This document shows, piece after piece, positions 62,941-64,000 of a stretch of 64,000 bases of DNA. The notes beneath the pieces are model-generated. The model saw only the letters and a list, made by a program, of their open reading frames with translations, was not told the origin of the DNA and did not search any database. The stretch is taken from assembly GCA_963822795.1 (NCBI GenBank), contig CAWGJM010000045.1, positions 58,497-122,496 of the forward strand, given 5' to 3'. Source of the stretch: an uncultured Alphaproteobacteria bacterium. GTDB lineage: Bacteria > Pseudomonadota > Alphaproteobacteria > Rhizobiales > Xanthobacteraceae. The position numbers were made by a program, and so were the translations under genes. Positions within the stretch are counted from its first letter, which is position 1, and each line of letters starts with the position of its first letter.

Positions 62941-64000
62941 TTACGCCTCCACGAAGCGGACTTGCGGCGCAGCCAGCTCGCGCGGCAACAGCACGGAGGC
63001 CACCGCAACCACATCGCGCGCGGATTTCCACGCGCCGCCGCCACCGGCCGGGCCGTTGGTATAGAGCGTCTCTACCTCGTTGCCGATCCTGACAGCCTCG
63101 CGCAAATTCTCGGTGCGCCCGGTGACGCGCACACGGACCTCGTAAGGCTCGTTGGCGTGCGCCGACACTTGCGGCCCGTGCAGGGAATCGACGCCGATCA
63201 GGTCCGATCGCAGTTCACTTGCGGCAACGCCGGTCAGTTTCAATCGCTCGCGCACGATGTCGAGCGCCATCCTTCCGCGCGCGAGGGCGCCCGGACCGGC
63301 ATAGGAAATCTGCCCCTCGCCGATAAAACTGTCGACATAGCCGACCGAGACTTTCAGCGTGCCGGTACGTTCTGAGCCGCGGCCGCCGCTGACCCGGACG
63401 CGGTTCGGCGCAATCTGCTCGACCCGCACTTGCGAGAAATCCGCCGTGACGTCGGGCTGCAGATACTGCGTGGGATCGTGCACCTCGTAGAGCAACTGCT
63501 CCTTGCAGGTCTGCGCGGTCACCGCGCCGCCGCTGCCCTCGACCTTGGTGATGACGAGCGAGCCATCCTCGCCGACCTCGCCAATGGGAAAGCCGAGCCG
63601 CGCGAGGTCGGGGATATCCTTGTATCCGGGATCGGCAAAATAGCCGCCGGTGATCTGACCCGCGCATTCCAGGAGATGGCCTGCGACGGTCCCCTTCCCC
63701 AATAAATTCCAGTCGTCCATCGCCCAGCCGAAGGCATGGAGCATCGGCGCCAGAAACAGCGCGGGATCGGAGGCGCGGCCGGTGATCACGACATCGGCGC
63801 CGCGCGACAGCGCCTCCGCCATCGGCCCGGCACCGAGATAGGCGTTCGCCGACAGCAGGCGGTTGCCGAGCTGCTTGATGGTGCCGTCGAATTCCATGAT
63901 CGGGAGGTCGCCCGCCTTGCAGGCTTCGAGCACATCGTCGCCGACAATGGCGGCAGTCATCAATGCGGGAAGCCCCAGCGATCTCGCGATCTCGGCGGTC
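62941..64000 (-). CDS. Acyclic-terpene-utilisation AtuA-like (DUF1446) protein, 5' end outside window
   Basis: The frame stays open beyond the track M at 63963 (...TAEIARSLGLPALMTAAIVGDDVLE...). DUF1446-like sequence (VITGRASDPALF...GHLLECAGQITGGYF). Confidence 0.65.
   Translation of the reverse strand, partial: TAEIARSLGLPALMTAAIVGDDVLEACKAGDLPIMEFDGTIKQLGNRLLSANAYLGAGPMAEALSRGADVVITGRASDPALFLAPMLHAFGWAMDDWNLLGKGTVAGHLLECAGQITGGYFADPGYKDIPDLARLGFPIGEVGEDGSLVITKVEGSGGAVTAQTCKEQLLYEVHDPTQYLQPDVTADFSQVRVEQIAPNRVRVSGGRGSERTGTLKVSVGYVDSFIGEGQISYAGPGALARGRMALDIVRERLKLTGVAASELRSDLIGVDSLHGPQVSAHANEPYEVRVRVTGRTENLREAVRIGNEVETLYTNGPAGGGGAWKSARDVVAVASVLLPRELAAPQVRFVEA

Noticed and set aside
1-64000. 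Scan for CRISPR arrays, IS elements or transposases, integrases, rRNA/tRNA genes, and classic defence genes (nucleases, helicases, toxin-antitoxin pairs)
   Set aside because: I saw no regularly spaced direct repeats, no transposase- or integrase-like translations in any frame of the track, and no tRNA cloverleaf candidates. Small RNAs cannot be excluded without covariance-model searches.

Overview
GC-rich chromosomal segment with strong GC3 bias and many REP-like palindromic elements. Gene content and repeat style suggest Bradyrhizobium/Rhodopseudomonas (inference only). The main block is a complete hopanoid locus at 5.6-25 kb: hpnO, hpnN, ispH, hpnH, hpnG, shc, hpnE, hpnD, hpnC, a second RND/MMPL exporter, and an hpnP-like B12 radical-SAM gene sitting between eutB and eutC. 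Upstream lie a His-rich small protein gene, a Tat metallophosphoesterase, a cupredoxin, a ZAS-type ECF sigma/anti-sigma pair, and an unrecognised Cys-rich reading frame broken by one in-frame TAA. Downstream lie an MCP, an M20 amidohydrolase, an AT-richer islet with a FemAB/GNAT-like gene, and a REP-dense zone. Then come a conserved but uncharacterised operon (DUF2126-type transglutaminase, circularly permuted ATP-grasp fused to alpha-E, small transglutaminase) and an acid-catabolism plus Liv-type ABC operon. The window ends with a homoprotocatechuate (hpa) meta-cleavage cluster, a doubly frameshifted MFS gene, alkB with a partner 2OG oxygenase, and a split AtuA-like/amidase/DUF2848-like operon. 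I found no rRNA, tRNA, CRISPR array, transposase or integrase. All family assignments rest on motif recognition from the translations; no database search was possible.
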